A stretch of DNA of 64,000 nucleotides from Phycisphaerales bacterium (GTDB lineage: Bacteria > Planctomycetota > Phycisphaerae > Phycisphaerales > UBA1924). Below the pieces are notes generated by a model. The model searched no databases, had not been told where the DNA came from, and worked only from the letters and a program-made list of their open reading frames with translations. Each line of letters opens with the position of its first letter. Position 1 is the stretch's first letter. The position numbers and the translations under genes are program-made. The stretch lies in the NCBI GenBank assembly GCA_965227775.1, contig OZ245777.1, positions 1,888,001 to 1,952,000 on the forward strand, written 5' to 3'. Below, piece by piece: positions 1 through 9,846 of the stretch.

Positions 1-548
1 CCCTTTTGCTGGCCGGGCGGGCCCTCGTTCTGCTGCTCCGCCAGGTAGAAGTACGTCAGCGTCTCGCCGCCGAGGATGCCCTCGGCCTGCACGATGCGGA
101 TGCTGACGCCGATCTCTTCGGCGACCGTGCGGGCGCGGAGCTTGAGCTCGTGCGCCGATTGCTCGAGCGCGGCCTGGGCGTCCAGATCCTCGCGCGTCGC
201 GACTCGGAGGATGCGGCCCTTGTCGTAGAAGGGAAAGTCGCGCCCGCCCGAGTGCTCGATGTACTGGAGCATTTCTTTGCGGGAAATGCTCTTGCCGCAG
301 CCGCTATTGGGGCAGGTGCTGGTGAGCATCTCGCCCATCTCGGTGCCGCGGAAGGTGCGGGCGATGAGCTTGCTTCCGCAGCCGGGAGTGACGTCGAGCG
401 TGTAGCGGAACTCACCGATGAGCTTCATGGCGCCGAAGCGGCAGACGACCGTCTTTGGCGGCGTGAGCTTCTCACGCGCCAGGCGGTCCTGCTCGTCGGT
501 GTACTCGGCGAGGTCCTTCTCGAACTGTGGCAGCGGGACGATGGGCAT
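1..548 (-). CDS. ricT: PSP1/RicT (YaaT)-family protein, N-terminal part; runs off the left edge
   Basis: Absent from the ORF track because no stop lies in the window. Manual translation from ATG 548 gives MPIVPLPQFEKD...VVCRFGAMKLIGEF...GSKLIARTFRGTEMGEML...GRILRVATREDL...IRIVQAEGILGGETLTYFYLAE, matching the PSP1/RicT pattern (G.xvI.xT.RG.E.G.V; ILR.AT.ED; L.FYF.AE). Confidence 0.75.
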   Translation of the reverse strand, partial: MPIVPLPQFEKDLAEYTDEQDRLAREKLTPPKTVVCRFGAMKLIGEFRYTLDVTPGCGSKLIARTFRGTEMGEMLTSTCPNSGCGKSISRKEMLQYIEHSGGRDFPFYDKGRILRVATREDLDAQAALEQSAHELKLRARTVAEEIGVSIRIVQAEGILGGETLTYFYLAEQQNEGPPGQQK

Positions 549-560
549 GGGGTCGGATGC

Positions 561-938
561 TTAGCGCCCACCACCGCCCGCCGCAGCACGTGCCTGCGCA
601 AACACTTGGGCGAGGTTTTCGCTGCGCTGGAAGACGAGCGTCCGGCCGTTCTCGACACGGTAGACCATGAGACGCTCGGCCCGCTGGTCGAGCACGTAGA
701 GCAGCTCTTCGCTGGAGCTCTGGCCCTGGGTGGTCATCGCGGCATAGCCGCCGCCGACGACCGCCATCTCGGCGAGCGCCGTGGCGGGCGAGACGGGCGA
801 ACTCTCTCCAGTACGCCCAGCTTGGACGAGCACGAGGCCGGCAAGCACCAGCGCGCTGGCGAGCAGTGGAATCGTGCCCTTGCGTGAAGTTAGGCGTGAA
901 CTCGAGTTTTGGGCGTTGTTGTCGGTGGTCGCGTTCAT
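561..938 (-). CDS. small membrane-anchored/secreted hypothetical protein
   Basis: ATG 938 overlaps the stop of the upstream ORF (ATGA). Hydrophobic segment IPLLASALVLAGLVLV, then a beta-rich core LLYVLDQRAERLMVY. Confidence 0.7.
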   Translation of the reverse strand: MNATTDNNAQNSSSRLTSRKGTIPLLASALVLAGLVLVQAGRTGESSPVSPATALAEMAVVGGGYAAMTTQGQSSSEELLYVLDQRAERLMVYRVENGRTLVFQRSENLAQVFAQARAAAGGGGR

Positions 939-1273
939 CGCCGGCCTCCTTGCTGCGCTGCGGCCTGGGCGTCTTCGCGGAGGTTGCGGTAGCCGATGCC
1001 CTCGAACGCCTGGCGCGACTGCTCCCACTTCAGCGTGACCAGTTCCTGGTTGGACGTATCGATGACGTGCACGCCGCTGCTGGGCGAGCCGGTCATCTGC
1101 CCGCCGAGCAGCATGTACTCGCCGCGCGGTCGCTGGGCCTGCTGGGCGGTCGCGGCGGGGGCGAGCGTGACGAAGCCGAGGGCCAGCAGCAGGCCCGCGT
1201 TGACGGCGACCAGCGCAAGGCGCGGATCGGCCATGCGTGCCCGCCGCTGTGTGGCGGTGTTCGTGGCGTTCAT
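935..1273 (-). CDS. small secreted hypothetical protein, resembling 561-938
   Basis: GGAG precedes ATG 1273. Signal-like LALVAVNAGLLLALGFVTLAPAATA; core VHVIDTSNQELVTLKW. Confidence 0.7.
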   Translation of the reverse strand: MNATNTATQRRARMADPRLALVAVNAGLLLALGFVTLAPAATAQQAQRPRGEYMLLGGQMTGSPSSGVHVIDTSNQELVTLKWEQSRQAFEGIGYRNLREDAQAAAQQGGRR

Positions 1274-1313
1274 GATTGGACTCCCTGGACGTGCCAGATG
1301 AGGTGTGAGCGAG

Positions 1314-1577
1314 TCAGTCTTGGTGGCCGCGCTTTGCGGGAATGACGGTTGCCGCGACGATGCCGATGAGCACAACGCCGGCGATCAGGAAGTTGGTGAT
1401 GACCGGGGGCTTGGCCGGCTGGGTCGGGCGCGGGGGCTTCAGTGCCTCACCCTGGGTCTGGGCGGCCTGCGCGTGGGCGGCCTGCGGCATCGCAAGCGTG
1501 AGCGAGCCGGCGAGCACGGCGGCGGCCAGGCCAGCCCGCAGGCCGGTCGAAAGCGACTTGTTCTTCGTTCGGATCAT
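1314..1577 (-). CDS. small protein with signal peptide and C-terminal TM helix
   Basis: GGGAG precedes ATG 1577. Signal peptide ending AHA, Pro-rich linker, TM segment FLIAGVVLIGIVAATVIP and basic tail KRGHQD. Confidence 0.7.
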   Translation of the reverse strand: MIRTKNKSLSTGLRAGLAAAVLAGSLTLAMPQAAHAQAAQTQGEALKPPRPTQPAKPPVITNFLIAGVVLIGIVAATVIPAKRGHQD

Positions 1578-1688
1578 GCGGACGGCTCCCTGTTGCGCCT
1601 CTCCCGGTTCTGTACCGCTCGATGGGCCCGGGCGTTGCACACTGTACGGCCCTGGGAGGCCCGGCGTGCCGTGTGGGTAGCATGGGCG

Positions 1689-2135
1689 ATGATTGCTCGT
1701 AAAGCTGCTGTTGGGGCTCTTGGGGCTGCCTTTGGTCTGTTGCTGGCCGCTGGGTGCTCGGGAACGGGTGCGAAGACCGACGACACGGTCACGGGAACGG
1801 CGTCCCCCGCCGCGCCTCCTGCCGAATCGCTGGTGGGTGAATGGCAGATCGATTTGAGGCCGCTGCCGACTTCGGAGCCGTACTTCCAGCCCTTCGTGGT
1901 CGAGTCGGTCGACGGCAAGCGGTTTGAGGGCACTTTCTATGGCTCGGCGATCTCGGAGGGCCGCCTGAACACGGACTGGGGCGCCGTGTACTTCTCGTTC
2001 CTCACGCTCGATGGCTCCGGTGCCTACTTGCACTCGGGCGTTTTGCGCGATGGCAGGCTCGAGGGCACGACGAACTCGACGGGGCGTGACTTTCTATCCG
2101 TGTGGAGCGGGCAGCGCGCCGGCGAAGCAGGCTAG
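1689..2135 (+). CDS. putative lipoprotein
   Basis: MIARK, hydrophobic stretch and lipobox LAAGC, followed by a beta-rich domain (LVGEWQIDL...FEGTFYG). Confidence 0.7.
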   Translation: MIARKAAVGALGAAFGLLLAAGCSGTGAKTDDTVTGTASPAAPPAESLVGEWQIDLRPLPTSEPYFQPFVVESVDGKRFEGTFYGSAISEGRLNTDWGAVYFSFLTLDGSGAYLHSGVLRDGRLEGTTNSTGRDFLSVWSGQRAGEAG

Positions 2136-2749
2136 CCGAGCCTGCGATCGAGCCCGGCGCGCACTTCGGGCCACTGCTCGGGCGTAATGCTGTACATGAC
2201 GGTGTGGCGGATGCTGTCGTCGGGCATGATGATGTGGTTGCGCAGCACGCCCTCGCGCGTTGCTCCCAGCCGCTCGATCGCCCGCTGTGACTCGAGGTTC
2301 TGGTGGTGGGTCTTGAGCGCAACACGCAGGGCTGGGCCGCCTGAGTGAAAGCCGCCGGCACCGAACACTTCGGTCTCGAACGCATGGGCCAGCAGCAGCC
2401 GCTTCATTTCCGGATTGGCTCTGGTGCCGCGCTGATCGGGCGCGATAAACGTCCAGCCGATCTCGAGCCCGCGGTGGTTGGGCCGGATCTCGAGGTAGCT
2501 GGTCATGCCGATGACCCGTCCGCTGTCCGCTTGCCTCAGCGTCAGGGGCTCAACGTCGGGCTTGCCGAGCAGGCGTTCGATGTGCCCCGCCATGCCGGCC
2601 GTGTCAAAGGGCTCGGGGCCCTTGCTGAACCATCGAAACGTATCTGGCGAGCCTGCGGCGGCCAGCAACTCGGAGGCGTCTTCAACAGTCGTGGGGTCCA
2701 GTCGGACGGATCGGCCAACTAGAGGTTGGGCCACGAGTGGAGGGCCCAC
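2132..2749 (-). CDS. GNAT family N-acetyltransferase (RimJ/RimL type)
   Basis: Motifs LEIGWTFIAPDQRGT, N.ESQRAIERLGATREGVLRNH and TVMYSI...W. Confidence 0.9.
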   Translation of the reverse strand: MGPPLVAQPLVGRSVRLDPTTVEDASELLAAAGSPDTFRWFSKGPEPFDTAGMAGHIERLLGKPDVEPLTLRQADSGRVIGMTSYLEIRPNHRGLEIGWTFIAPDQRGTRANPEMKRLLLAHAFETEVFGAGGFHSGGPALRVALKTHHQNLESQRAIERLGATREGVLRNHIIMPDDSIRHTVMYSITPEQWPEVRAGLDRRLG

Positions 2750-2752
2750 GGC

Positions 2753-3553
2753 TCAGTTCCCTCCGATCAGATCTCCCAGCCCGCCGAGCACGCTGCCCTC
2801 GCCGGTGCGCTTGCCGCCCTGGCTTGGGGCGGCGGCGATGACGCGGTCGGCCAGGCGGCTGAACGGCAGGGTTTGGAGCCACACCGTGCCCGGACCGGTC
2901 AGGCTGGCGTAGAACAGCCCTTCGCCGCCGAAGATCTTGTTCTTGATGCCCTTCACGAACTCGATGGTGTAGTCGATGCTGGTATCGAGGGCGACGAGGC
3001 AGCCCGTGTCGACGCGGAGCTTCTCGCCCGGTGCGAGCTCCTTGACGAGCGTCGTGCCGCCGGCGTGCAGGAAGGCCTGGCCGCGGCCGGTGTCGCTGCT
3101 GAGCTTCTGCATGATGAAGCCCTCGCCGCCGAAGAATCCCACGCCGATGCGCTTCTGGAAGGCGATGTCGACGTTGACGCCGCGGGCGGCGCACAGGAAG
3201 GCGTCCTTCTGGCAGATCAGCTTGCCACCGTGGTCGCCCAGCTCGATGGGCACGACATGACCGGGGTACGGCGCGGCGAAGGCGCAATCGCGACGCTGCG
3301 AGCCGTGGTTGTGGAAGAACGTGATGAAGAAGCTCTCGCCCGTGACCGTGCGCTTGCCGGCCTCAAAGAGCTTGCCCAAGAGCCCGCCACCCTCCTTCAT
3401 CGAGAGCTGGGTGGCCATCTCGATATCGGGCTCGAGGTACATCATGGCGCCAGCCTCGGCGACCATGGCCTCGCCCGGGTCGAGCGTGACGATGACGGCC
3501 TGCATGTCGTCGCCGATGATGGTGTAGTCGATGATGTCGGGGTCGTTGGGCAT
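2753..3553 (-). CDS. TIGR00266/AIM24 family protein
   Basis: Motifs IIGDDMQAVIVTLDPGE..AEAGAM, GESFF, FFGGEGFIMQKL and GPGTVWLQTLPF. Confidence 0.9.
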   Translation of the reverse strand: MPNDPDIIDYTIIGDDMQAVIVTLDPGEAMVAEAGAMMYLEPDIEMATQLSMKEGGGLLGKLFEAGKRTVTGESFFITFFHNHGSQRRDCAFAAPYPGHVVPIELGDHGGKLICQKDAFLCAARGVNVDIAFQKRIGVGFFGGEGFIMQKLSSDTGRGQAFLHAGGTTLVKELAPGEKLRVDTGCLVALDTSIDYTIEFVKGIKNKIFGGEGLFYASLTGPGTVWLQTLPFSRLADRVIAAAPSQGGKRTGEGSVLGGLGDLIGGN

Positions 3554-3677
3554 GGGTCCTCCTCTTGTGCCTCTGTCATGTGGCGTATTCGGAGGATACC
3601 CGCCGGACTTGCAGGTCGTGGTCGCGTCAGAGGCAATGTCAATTGTCCAATACGGGAGTGCTAGTTGTAGGGCTAAC

Positions 3678-4574
3678 TCATGCGGATCCTCGCCACTCGC
3701 TGGGTGTCACGCCCATGTGATCATGGAACGCCTTCGTGAAGTGGCTATGCCGGCAGAAGCCGGTGCGCAGGGCGATGGTGCGTAGGGGCAGGTTATTTTC
3801 CATCAGGTCCATCGCGGCCGCGAGGCGTAGTTGCGTGAGGTAGCGGTGGATGGTCTGCCCGGTCCAGTGGCGGAACACGCGCGCGAGATGGAAGGGCGAG
3901 CAGTCGAGCTCGTCGGCGAGGGTGTCCAGCGTGAGCTTCTCGGCGAAGCGGGCGGCAAGCACGTAGCGCGCGTCTTCGGCGAGATCGCGGTGGATTCGCA
4001 GCGTGGGTGTTCGTGATGCGGCCGATCGGCGTTCCTTTGCTGAGCGGCTTGGTGCGATCGCCCGTTCGAAGACTGCGAGAGTGGCCTCGTCGGCGGCGAC
4101 CGGGTCGGTGTCTTCGCTGGGTGCCGCCGCGAGGTTGTTGGCGAGCCGTCGCTGGTCTCGGTACAACGCCGTGTCGCAGTGCACGTGCGTGAAGCCGAAC
4201 AGGGCGGTGGCGTCCGCATCGTGGTGCCCGCCCGAAAGGCCCAACGCGTACGCGATGTCCGCCGCATCCGCTGGGCGTACGGCGTACCAGTCGCACCGAT
4301 CGCCGTTGGGTGAGATGGCCTCGCGTGTGTACTCGGCGTTGGCGTTGTAGACCATGACGGTGCCCGCGTCGGCAACGACCGGATCGCGTCCCGCCATGGT
4401 GATCGTGGTCGCCTCGCGCGGGAAGACGATCGTCGGCCAGCCCATCGGCCCGGTGTCACGGAAATCGGGGGCGTTGATCGGAAGTCGGAATCGGCCGTGC
4501 TGCCAGCGACCGCTGCGCACCACGAGCGTGTTCCAACTCGTCGGGTGGTTGTCCTGACTGTCCGAGAACTCCAT
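3678..4574 (-). CDS. AraC family transcriptional regulator
   Basis: C-terminal AraC HTH (LTLDTLA..LDCSPFHLARVFR..TG...GF..HSHFTKAF...GVTPSEWR). Start placed at ATG 4574 behind GGGGAG; divergent from the FG-GAP genes. Confidence 0.9.
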   Translation of the reverse strand: MEFSDSQDNHPTSWNTLVVRSGRWQHGRFRLPINAPDFRDTGPMGWPTIVFPREATTITMAGRDPVVADAGTVMVYNANAEYTREAISPNGDRCDWYAVRPADAADIAYALGLSGGHHDADATALFGFTHVHCDTALYRDQRRLANNLAAAPSEDTDPVAADEATLAVFERAIAPSRSAKERRSAASRTPTLRIHRDLAEDARYVLAARFAEKLTLDTLADELDCSPFHLARVFRHWTGQTIHRYLTQLRLAAAMDLMENNLPLRTIALRTGFCRHSHFTKAFHDHMGVTPSEWRGSA

Positions 4575-4713
4575 GGATGGCTCCCCGATGTCGAGCGTCC
4601 CACGTGCCCTTGCGGTGGCGAGTGCAACAACCCTGCTCTTCCGATACCCGCGGGTACGGCCTTGGTTGCATTGGTGGCACAATGGAGCGGACAGCACACC
4701 AAGGAGATCCGAT

Positions 4714-6108
4714 ATGTCCGCCATGCGATACACACCACTCTTCACGGTCTACGCCATAGCGGCCGCCGCCTGTGCCCAGTTTGCCGAGCCCGGGGTCATC
4801 GTGCACCAAGAGTTCACAGGAGCGGGCCAGTTTGGCTGGGCCGTTTCGGAACTGACCGACATCGACGGTGACGGCGCGATGGAAGCCATCGTGACCGCAC
4901 CATCGGCCACTGGCGGAGGCCGCGTCGTGGTCTACAGCGGCGCGACGGGCGACGTCCTTATAGACCTTGTCCCCGAAGGCGACGGCGAGAGCTTCGGCTG
5001 GGCGGCCGCGGATGCGGGCGATGTTGACGGCGACGGCGTGCACGATGTGGCGGTGGGGGCTCCGGCGCGCGGCGGCAACGAGGGTGCGGTGTACATCTTC
5101 TCCGGCGCTGAAGGCACTCGGGGCCAGCTCATCCGCCGCATCGACAGCATCAACGGAATCGAACGCTTCGGCTCCGCTGTTTCTTGGCTTGGCGATGTGG
5201 ATGGCGATGGCTTTGGCGAAGTGGTTGTTGGTGCGGGGCAGAGTGACGTCAGTGATCCTGCGGACCCGATGTCCAACGACGGGCGGGCGTACGTGATCAG
5301 TGGTCTGGACGGCTCGGTGATCCATGCGATCGACGGAGACGGACCTGGATCGCAAATGGGAGCGGGGTTGGGTGGGATCGCCGACATGGACGGCGATGGC
5401 GTGCGGGACTTTGCCGTCGGTTCTCCCGGCGCTTCCAGGGCCGACGCATTCTCTGGCGCGACGGGCCTGCGCATCATCGGTCCGCTCGAGCCGACCGAGC
5501 GTGCCGCCTCATTCGGGACGTTCTTCACCGGGCCCGCGGGCGATACGAATGCCGATGGCACACCCGACGTCTACGTCGGTGACTTTAGTGGTGGCATCGG
5601 TGGGCACTTTTACGTGTACAGCGGCGCCGATGGCTCGGTCCTGCACAGCATCTCGTCGACCACGCCGGGCGTGGGCTTCGGGCTTGGTTGCGGACGTGGC
5701 GCGGGCGACGTTGATGGCGACGGCCACGACGACGTCATCAGCGGCTCGTACTTGGGCAATCAGGCTACGGTGTTCTCCGGGCGCACGGGTGAGGTCATCC
5801 GCTTTATTACTTACACGCGGCCGGCCTCACAGTTCGGCTTTGATGCCGTGGGCATCGGTGACGTAACCGGAGACGGCAAGATCGATTTCCTCGTCGGTGC
5901 GGCGTTGGGCAATCGGGCACTCATCATCAGTGGTGCCGTCTGCCAGGCTGATCTTGACGGCGATGGCGACCTGACGATCTTTGACTTTCTGGAGTACCAG
6001 AACCTGTTCGATGCGGGCGATCTCGTCGCAGACTTCGATGGTGACGGTGCGCTGACCATCTTTGACTTTCTCGCGTTCCAGAACGCGTTCGATGCGGGGT
6101 GCGTATGA
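4714..6108 (+). CDS. secreted FG-GAP/integrin-alpha-like beta-propeller protein with C-terminal GC-type dockerin-like tail
   Basis: AAGGAG RBS at 4701 and a signal peptide. Repeated FG..V...GDVDGDG.xD..VGAP units. Tail CQADLDGDGDLTIFDFLEYQNLFDAGDLVADFDGDGALTIFDFLAFQNAFDAGCV. Confidence 0.9.
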   Translation: MSAMRYTPLFTVYAIAAAACAQFAEPGVIVHQEFTGAGQFGWAVSELTDIDGDGAMEAIVTAPSATGGGRVVVYSGATGDVLIDLVPEGDGESFGWAAADAGDVDGDGVHDVAVGAPARGGNEGAVYIFSGAEGTRGQLIRRIDSINGIERFGSAVSWLGDVDGDGFGEVVVGAGQSDVSDPADPMSNDGRAYVISGLDGSVIHAIDGDGPGSQMGAGLGGIADMDGDGVRDFAVGSPGASRADAFSGATGLRIIGPLEPTERAASFGTFFTGPAGDTNADGTPDVYVGDFSGGIGGHFYVYSGADGSVLHSISSTTPGVGFGLGCGRGAGDVDGDGHDDVISGSYLGNQATVFSGRTGEVIRFITYTRPASQFGFDAVGIGDVTGDGKIDFLVGAALGNRALIISGAVCQADLDGDGDLTIFDFLEYQNLFDAGDLVADFDGDGALTIFDFLAFQNAFDAGCV

Positions 6109-6313
6109 CGGACTTGGTGGATTGAAGGCGCCATGAACGCGACTTGTTCGGTGGGCTGAATGCGTGCCGTACAAAGCGCACAAACTTATAAAATCAATCC
6201 AAAACCAGTCGAATCGTCTTCGCTGCGCTCGCGGTGTCTGGTACACTGGAAGCGCTGTTCATCATGCATGCGACACCTGATGTCGCGCGATGATGGATCG
6301 AAGGGAGACGAAG

Positions 6314-8629
6314 ATGCGGATGCTGCGCGGATTGCTGGTGTTCCAGGCGTTCTTGGTTGTGGGTCCTTGCGTTGCGATCGCTCAAGACTGCTCGGCGTCG
6401 GTCTACTCTGGGCAGAACCTCTTGAGTGGCATCAGTCCGGGGGCGATTGCCGCGGGCGACCTGAATGGCGACGGGTTTACGGACCTCTTTGTCGCAAACT
6501 TCTCTGACTACACGGTCCACTTGCTCGATCCTGCCGGTCAGCCAGCGTCGCAGACCACGCAGTTGCCTCCCCTGTTCCGCCAGGCTTCCGAGGTGGTGCT
6601 TGGTGACATCGATGGCGATGGTGATCTCGATGCCGCCCTTGTGTCCTTCAATGACAATGAAGTCGGTTTGTTGTTGAATCGCGGTGACGGCTCGTTCGAA
6701 CGCATGGAGTTCACGCCTGGCACGCCTAGGGCGGCGGCGATCGATATCGGTGATCTTGATGGCGACGGTGATCTCGATCTGGTTATTGCCGAGCAGTCCT
6801 TCGGTACGCCCAGAGCGGGCGTGCTGGTGAACGATGGTGCGGGAGAATTTGGCGATCCCGTGCTGTACGTTGTGGGAGAACAGCCCGAAGCCGTTGCGAT
6901 CGCAGACTTCGATGCGGACGGTGAGCCGGACCTCGTGACCGCCAACATCAGCGACGATAGCGTCAGCCTGCTGATGGGCGACGGCGAGGGAGGGTTCGGA
7001 CCCGAAACCAGGTTCGCGACCGGGTTCAGGCCGAGAACGCTGGCTGCTGGAGACCTTGACGGCGATGGCGATACGGACCTGGTCGTCACGCGCGGTCAGG
7101 ACCAGGGCGTAGCGCTGCTCTTCAATGCTGGCACCGGAGACTTTGGACCGCCGGAGGCGATTGCCTTTGGTGGGCTCTTGAGCGGAGTGTCGCTCGGCGA
7201 CATCGATGGTGATGGCGATCTCGACATGGTGACGGCGGACGAGCGGGATGCCCAGGCGACCGTCCTGATCAATGACGGAGCCGGGTCGTTCGCGCGGCGG
7301 CCGGCGGCGCGCACCGGCAACCGGCCCTCCGGCATCGTTCTGGCAGACCTCGACGACGACGGTGATCTCGACGCCGCGACCAGTAACTCGTTCAGCTCGG
7401 ACGTGAGCTTGCTCATCAGTGACGGGCTCGGCGCGTTCGACTCGCCGCAAGAATTCGGGATTGGCGGCTCGCCCGATGATGCCACGCTCGCGGACGCGAA
7501 CGCGGATGGAGTGCTCGACCTGTTCCTGGTCGACGAAGGGGCCAACGCCGCACGCGTCGCGTTCGGCAATGGCGATGGCACGTTTGCACCATCAAGGCGA
7601 TACACCGCTGGCAACGGGCCAAGCGCCCTTGCCGTGGGCGATCTCGACGGCGACGGCGATGTGGACATGTTCATCGGGACCAGGGCCGGACGGGGTGGCA
7701 TTACGCTGCTAAACGAGGGCGACGGTACGTACGTCGAAGGATCGTTCTTCGATGCCGGCTCACTGATCGGTGCCGCGGCGATCGCCGACATGGATGGCGA
7801 CGGCGATGTCGATGTCATTGTGACGAGCCGCGGTGGCGACGACGCTCGGGTGCTGTTGAACGACGGCTTCGGCGGTCTCGCATCCGCAATGCGGTTCGCG
7901 GCGGGTGACCGCCCGGTCGACGTCACAATCGGCGATCTCGACGGTGACGGTGACATCGATGTCGTGACGGCAAACGAGGCGGGCGACAACGTGAGTGTGC
8001 TGCTCAACCAGGGCGATGGCACGCTGGCGGGTACGGTGAACTACGTTGCGGGTGTTGAGCCGCAGGGCGTGGCGCTGGGAGATCTCGACGGCGATGGCGA
8101 CCTCGACATCGCGGCGGCGACGAGCCTGGACGTCGTGCGGATCTATGAAAACGATGGAAGCGGGGCGTTTGTCGATTCGACCGTGCTCACCGTGGGCGAT
8201 CGGCCCGTGGGCGTGGCGCTCGAGGATGTCGATGGTGACGGCGATCTCGACGTGGTGACCACGAACGAGACGCACTCTGACGCGAGTGTCCGGCTCAACG
8301 AGGGTGGCATGCTGTTCGCCGACGAGCTACGTTTCCGCGTGGGAGAGTCTCCAAGCGGTGTCCTGATGGCAGACCTCGACGCGAACGGCTCGTTGGACGT
8401 GCTTGCTGTCAGTGAAGGCACCAGGCGTGCAAGCGTGCTGATCAACCAGTGCGAGATCGTGTGCCGGGTAGACCTGGACGGCGATGGGCAAGCGACGCTG
8501 TTTGACTTCCTCGAGTTCCAGAATCTCTTTGCCGCCGGGGATCTGCGAGCCGACTTCGATAGCAGCGGCGACTTGACGCTGTTCGACTTCCTGGCGTTTC
8601 AGAACGAATTTGTGGTGGGTTGCCCCTAG
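6314..8629 (+). CDS. secreted FG-GAP/VCBS repeat protein with GC-type dockerin-like tail
   Basis: AAGGGAG RBS and signal peptide. About 14 GDLDGDGDLD repeats. Tail CRVDLDGDGQATLFDFLEFQNLF...FQNEFVVGCP. Confidence 0.9.
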   Translation: MRMLRGLLVFQAFLVVGPCVAIAQDCSASVYSGQNLLSGISPGAIAAGDLNGDGFTDLFVANFSDYTVHLLDPAGQPASQTTQLPPLFRQASEVVLGDIDGDGDLDAALVSFNDNEVGLLLNRGDGSFERMEFTPGTPRAAAIDIGDLDGDGDLDLVIAEQSFGTPRAGVLVNDGAGEFGDPVLYVVGEQPEAVAIADFDADGEPDLVTANISDDSVSLLMGDGEGGFGPETRFATGFRPRTLAAGDLDGDGDTDLVVTRGQDQGVALLFNAGTGDFGPPEAIAFGGLLSGVSLGDIDGDGDLDMVTADERDAQATVLINDGAGSFARRPAARTGNRPSGIVLADLDDDGDLDAATSNSFSSDVSLLISDGLGAFDSPQEFGIGGSPDDATLADANADGVLDLFLVDEGANAARVAFGNGDGTFAPSRRYTAGNGPSALAVGDLDGDGDVDMFIGTRAGRGGITLLNEGDGTYVEGSFFDAGSLIGAAAIADMDGDGDVDVIVTSRGGDDARVLLNDGFGGLASAMRFAAGDRPVDVTIGDLDGDGDIDVVTANEAGDNVSVLLNQGDGTLAGTVNYVAGVEPQGVALGDLDGDGDLDIAAATSLDVVRIYENDGSGAFVDSTVLTVGDRPVGVALEDVDGDGDLDVVTTNETHSDASVRLNEGGMLFADELRFRVGESPSGVLMADLDANGSLDVLAVSEGTRRASVLINQCEIVCRVDLDGDGQATLFDFLEFQNLFAAGDLRADFDSSGDLTLFDFLAFQNEFVVGCP

Positions 8630-9354
8630 CTCGCACCTTCGAGCTTGCGCGCGAACGTGGGCGCTGGGTAGTCGCTGGCCTTTGGCGGCGGGGTGCCATC
8701 GCGATCGAGTTGCTCATGGAGATGTGCCGCGTAGCCGTTGAGCATCGCGTCTCGCTGGGCGCCGTCGAGGTGCGCCGGGCTCCAGGCGACGAACGGCTCG
8801 AGCACGCGCATGCCCGTGAACCAGAACACCCCATGGTGCACCGGCGTGAGGACCGTTGCGAGCGTCGGATTCAATCCCTCGAAGCCGTCTGGAGGCACGT
8901 ACATCGACTCTGGCCCACCGGTCGTCATGGCCACCATCGCACGCTTGCCGCTCATGGCGCCGCGGTCGTACCACCGACCTCCGCCGTACATGCGACCCAT
9001 GGCAAGCACGCGATCGACCCAGCCCTTGAGGATGGCCGGCATGCCGAACCACCAGAGCGGGTATTGCAAGATAAGCATGTCGCACGAATCCAGCTTGTCC
9101 ATTTCGGCGGCGATGTCTGGTGCAAAGCCACCACTCTCGTGGGCGTGCTGCTCTTCGCGTTGCTGCTTGAGGTACTCGCCGTTGGCCACGGTCGTGAAGT
9201 TCCGACGATCGCTGACGGGATCGAAGCCCATGGCGTGCAAATCGCTGACCACCACAGTGTGCCCCGCGGCCTCGAGTTCCTTGGTTGCTCGCGCGGTCAT
9301 CGCGCCGTTGAAGCTTGCGGGCTCGTGGTGTGCGTGCACAATGAAGATATTCAT
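8626..9354 (-). CDS. NAD(P)H:quinone oxidoreductase (flavodoxin-2 family)
   Basis: Motifs IVHAHHEPASFN, SDLHAMGFDP, QYPLWWFGMPAILKGWVDRV and TTGG. Confidence 0.92.
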   Translation of the reverse strand: MNIFIVHAHHEPASFNGAMTARATKELEAAGHTVVVSDLHAMGFDPVSDRRNFTTVANGEYLKQQREEQHAHESGGFAPDIAAEMDKLDSCDMLILQYPLWWFGMPAILKGWVDRVLAMGRMYGGGRWYDRGAMSGKRAMVAMTTGGPESMYVPPDGFEGLNPTLATVLTPVHHGVFWFTGMRVLEPFVAWSPAHLDGAQRDAMLNGYAAHLHEQLDRDGTPPPKASDYPAPTFARKLEGAS

Positions 9355-9385
9355 GTGCTGATGCTATCCTGCGGACTTACGCCTG

Positions 9386-9796
9386 CTACTCCGCGGGCTT
9401 CTGGTAGATCATGATGAAGTTGCCGCAGGTGTCGTCGAGGGTTGCCATTACGGTGCCGGCCATCTCGGATGGCTCGCCCTTGAACTGAACGCCGAGCTTG
9501 CGAAGCCGGTCATACTCCGCCCGGCAATCATCGACCTCGAACGCCGTAATGGGGAGACCCTCGGCCATGAGTGCGGCCTTGTACGTCTTCGTCGCCGCAT
9601 GCTCGCCACTGGGCTCGAGCATGAGCTCGATGCCATCGGGGTCTTCCGGGCTGACAACGGTGAGGAAGCGATGGTTGGGATCGGGCGGGTCGGTCATCAC
9701 CATGTCCTGCTTCTTCACGAAGCCGAGCTTCTCGGTGTAGAAGCGCAGGGCGTGCTCCTGATCCGGGACCGGAACGCTCTCGAGTCTTACTCTCAT
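9386..9796 (-). CDS. VOC/glyoxalase family protein
   Basis: GGAGG before ATG 9796. V.V.DQE.ALRFYTEKLGF...FEVDD..AEYDRL...GV.F...DDTCGNFI. Confidence 0.9.
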   Translation of the reverse strand: MRVRLESVPVPDQEHALRFYTEKLGFVKKQDMVMTDPPDPNHRFLTVVSPEDPDGIELMLEPSGEHAATKTYKAALMAEGLPITAFEVDDCRAEYDRLRKLGVQFKGEPSEMAGTVMATLDDTCGNFIMIYQKPAE

Positions 9797-9846
9797 GGTG
9801 TCCTCCGATATCAATTGCACGACACTGGTGGCGCGTCGGTCAAAAG

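Noticed and set aside
6440..8420. Recurring GGCGATCTCGACGGCGACGGCGAT-like DNA repeats
   Set aside because: Explained by protein-level FG-GAP (GDLDGDGD) repeats.
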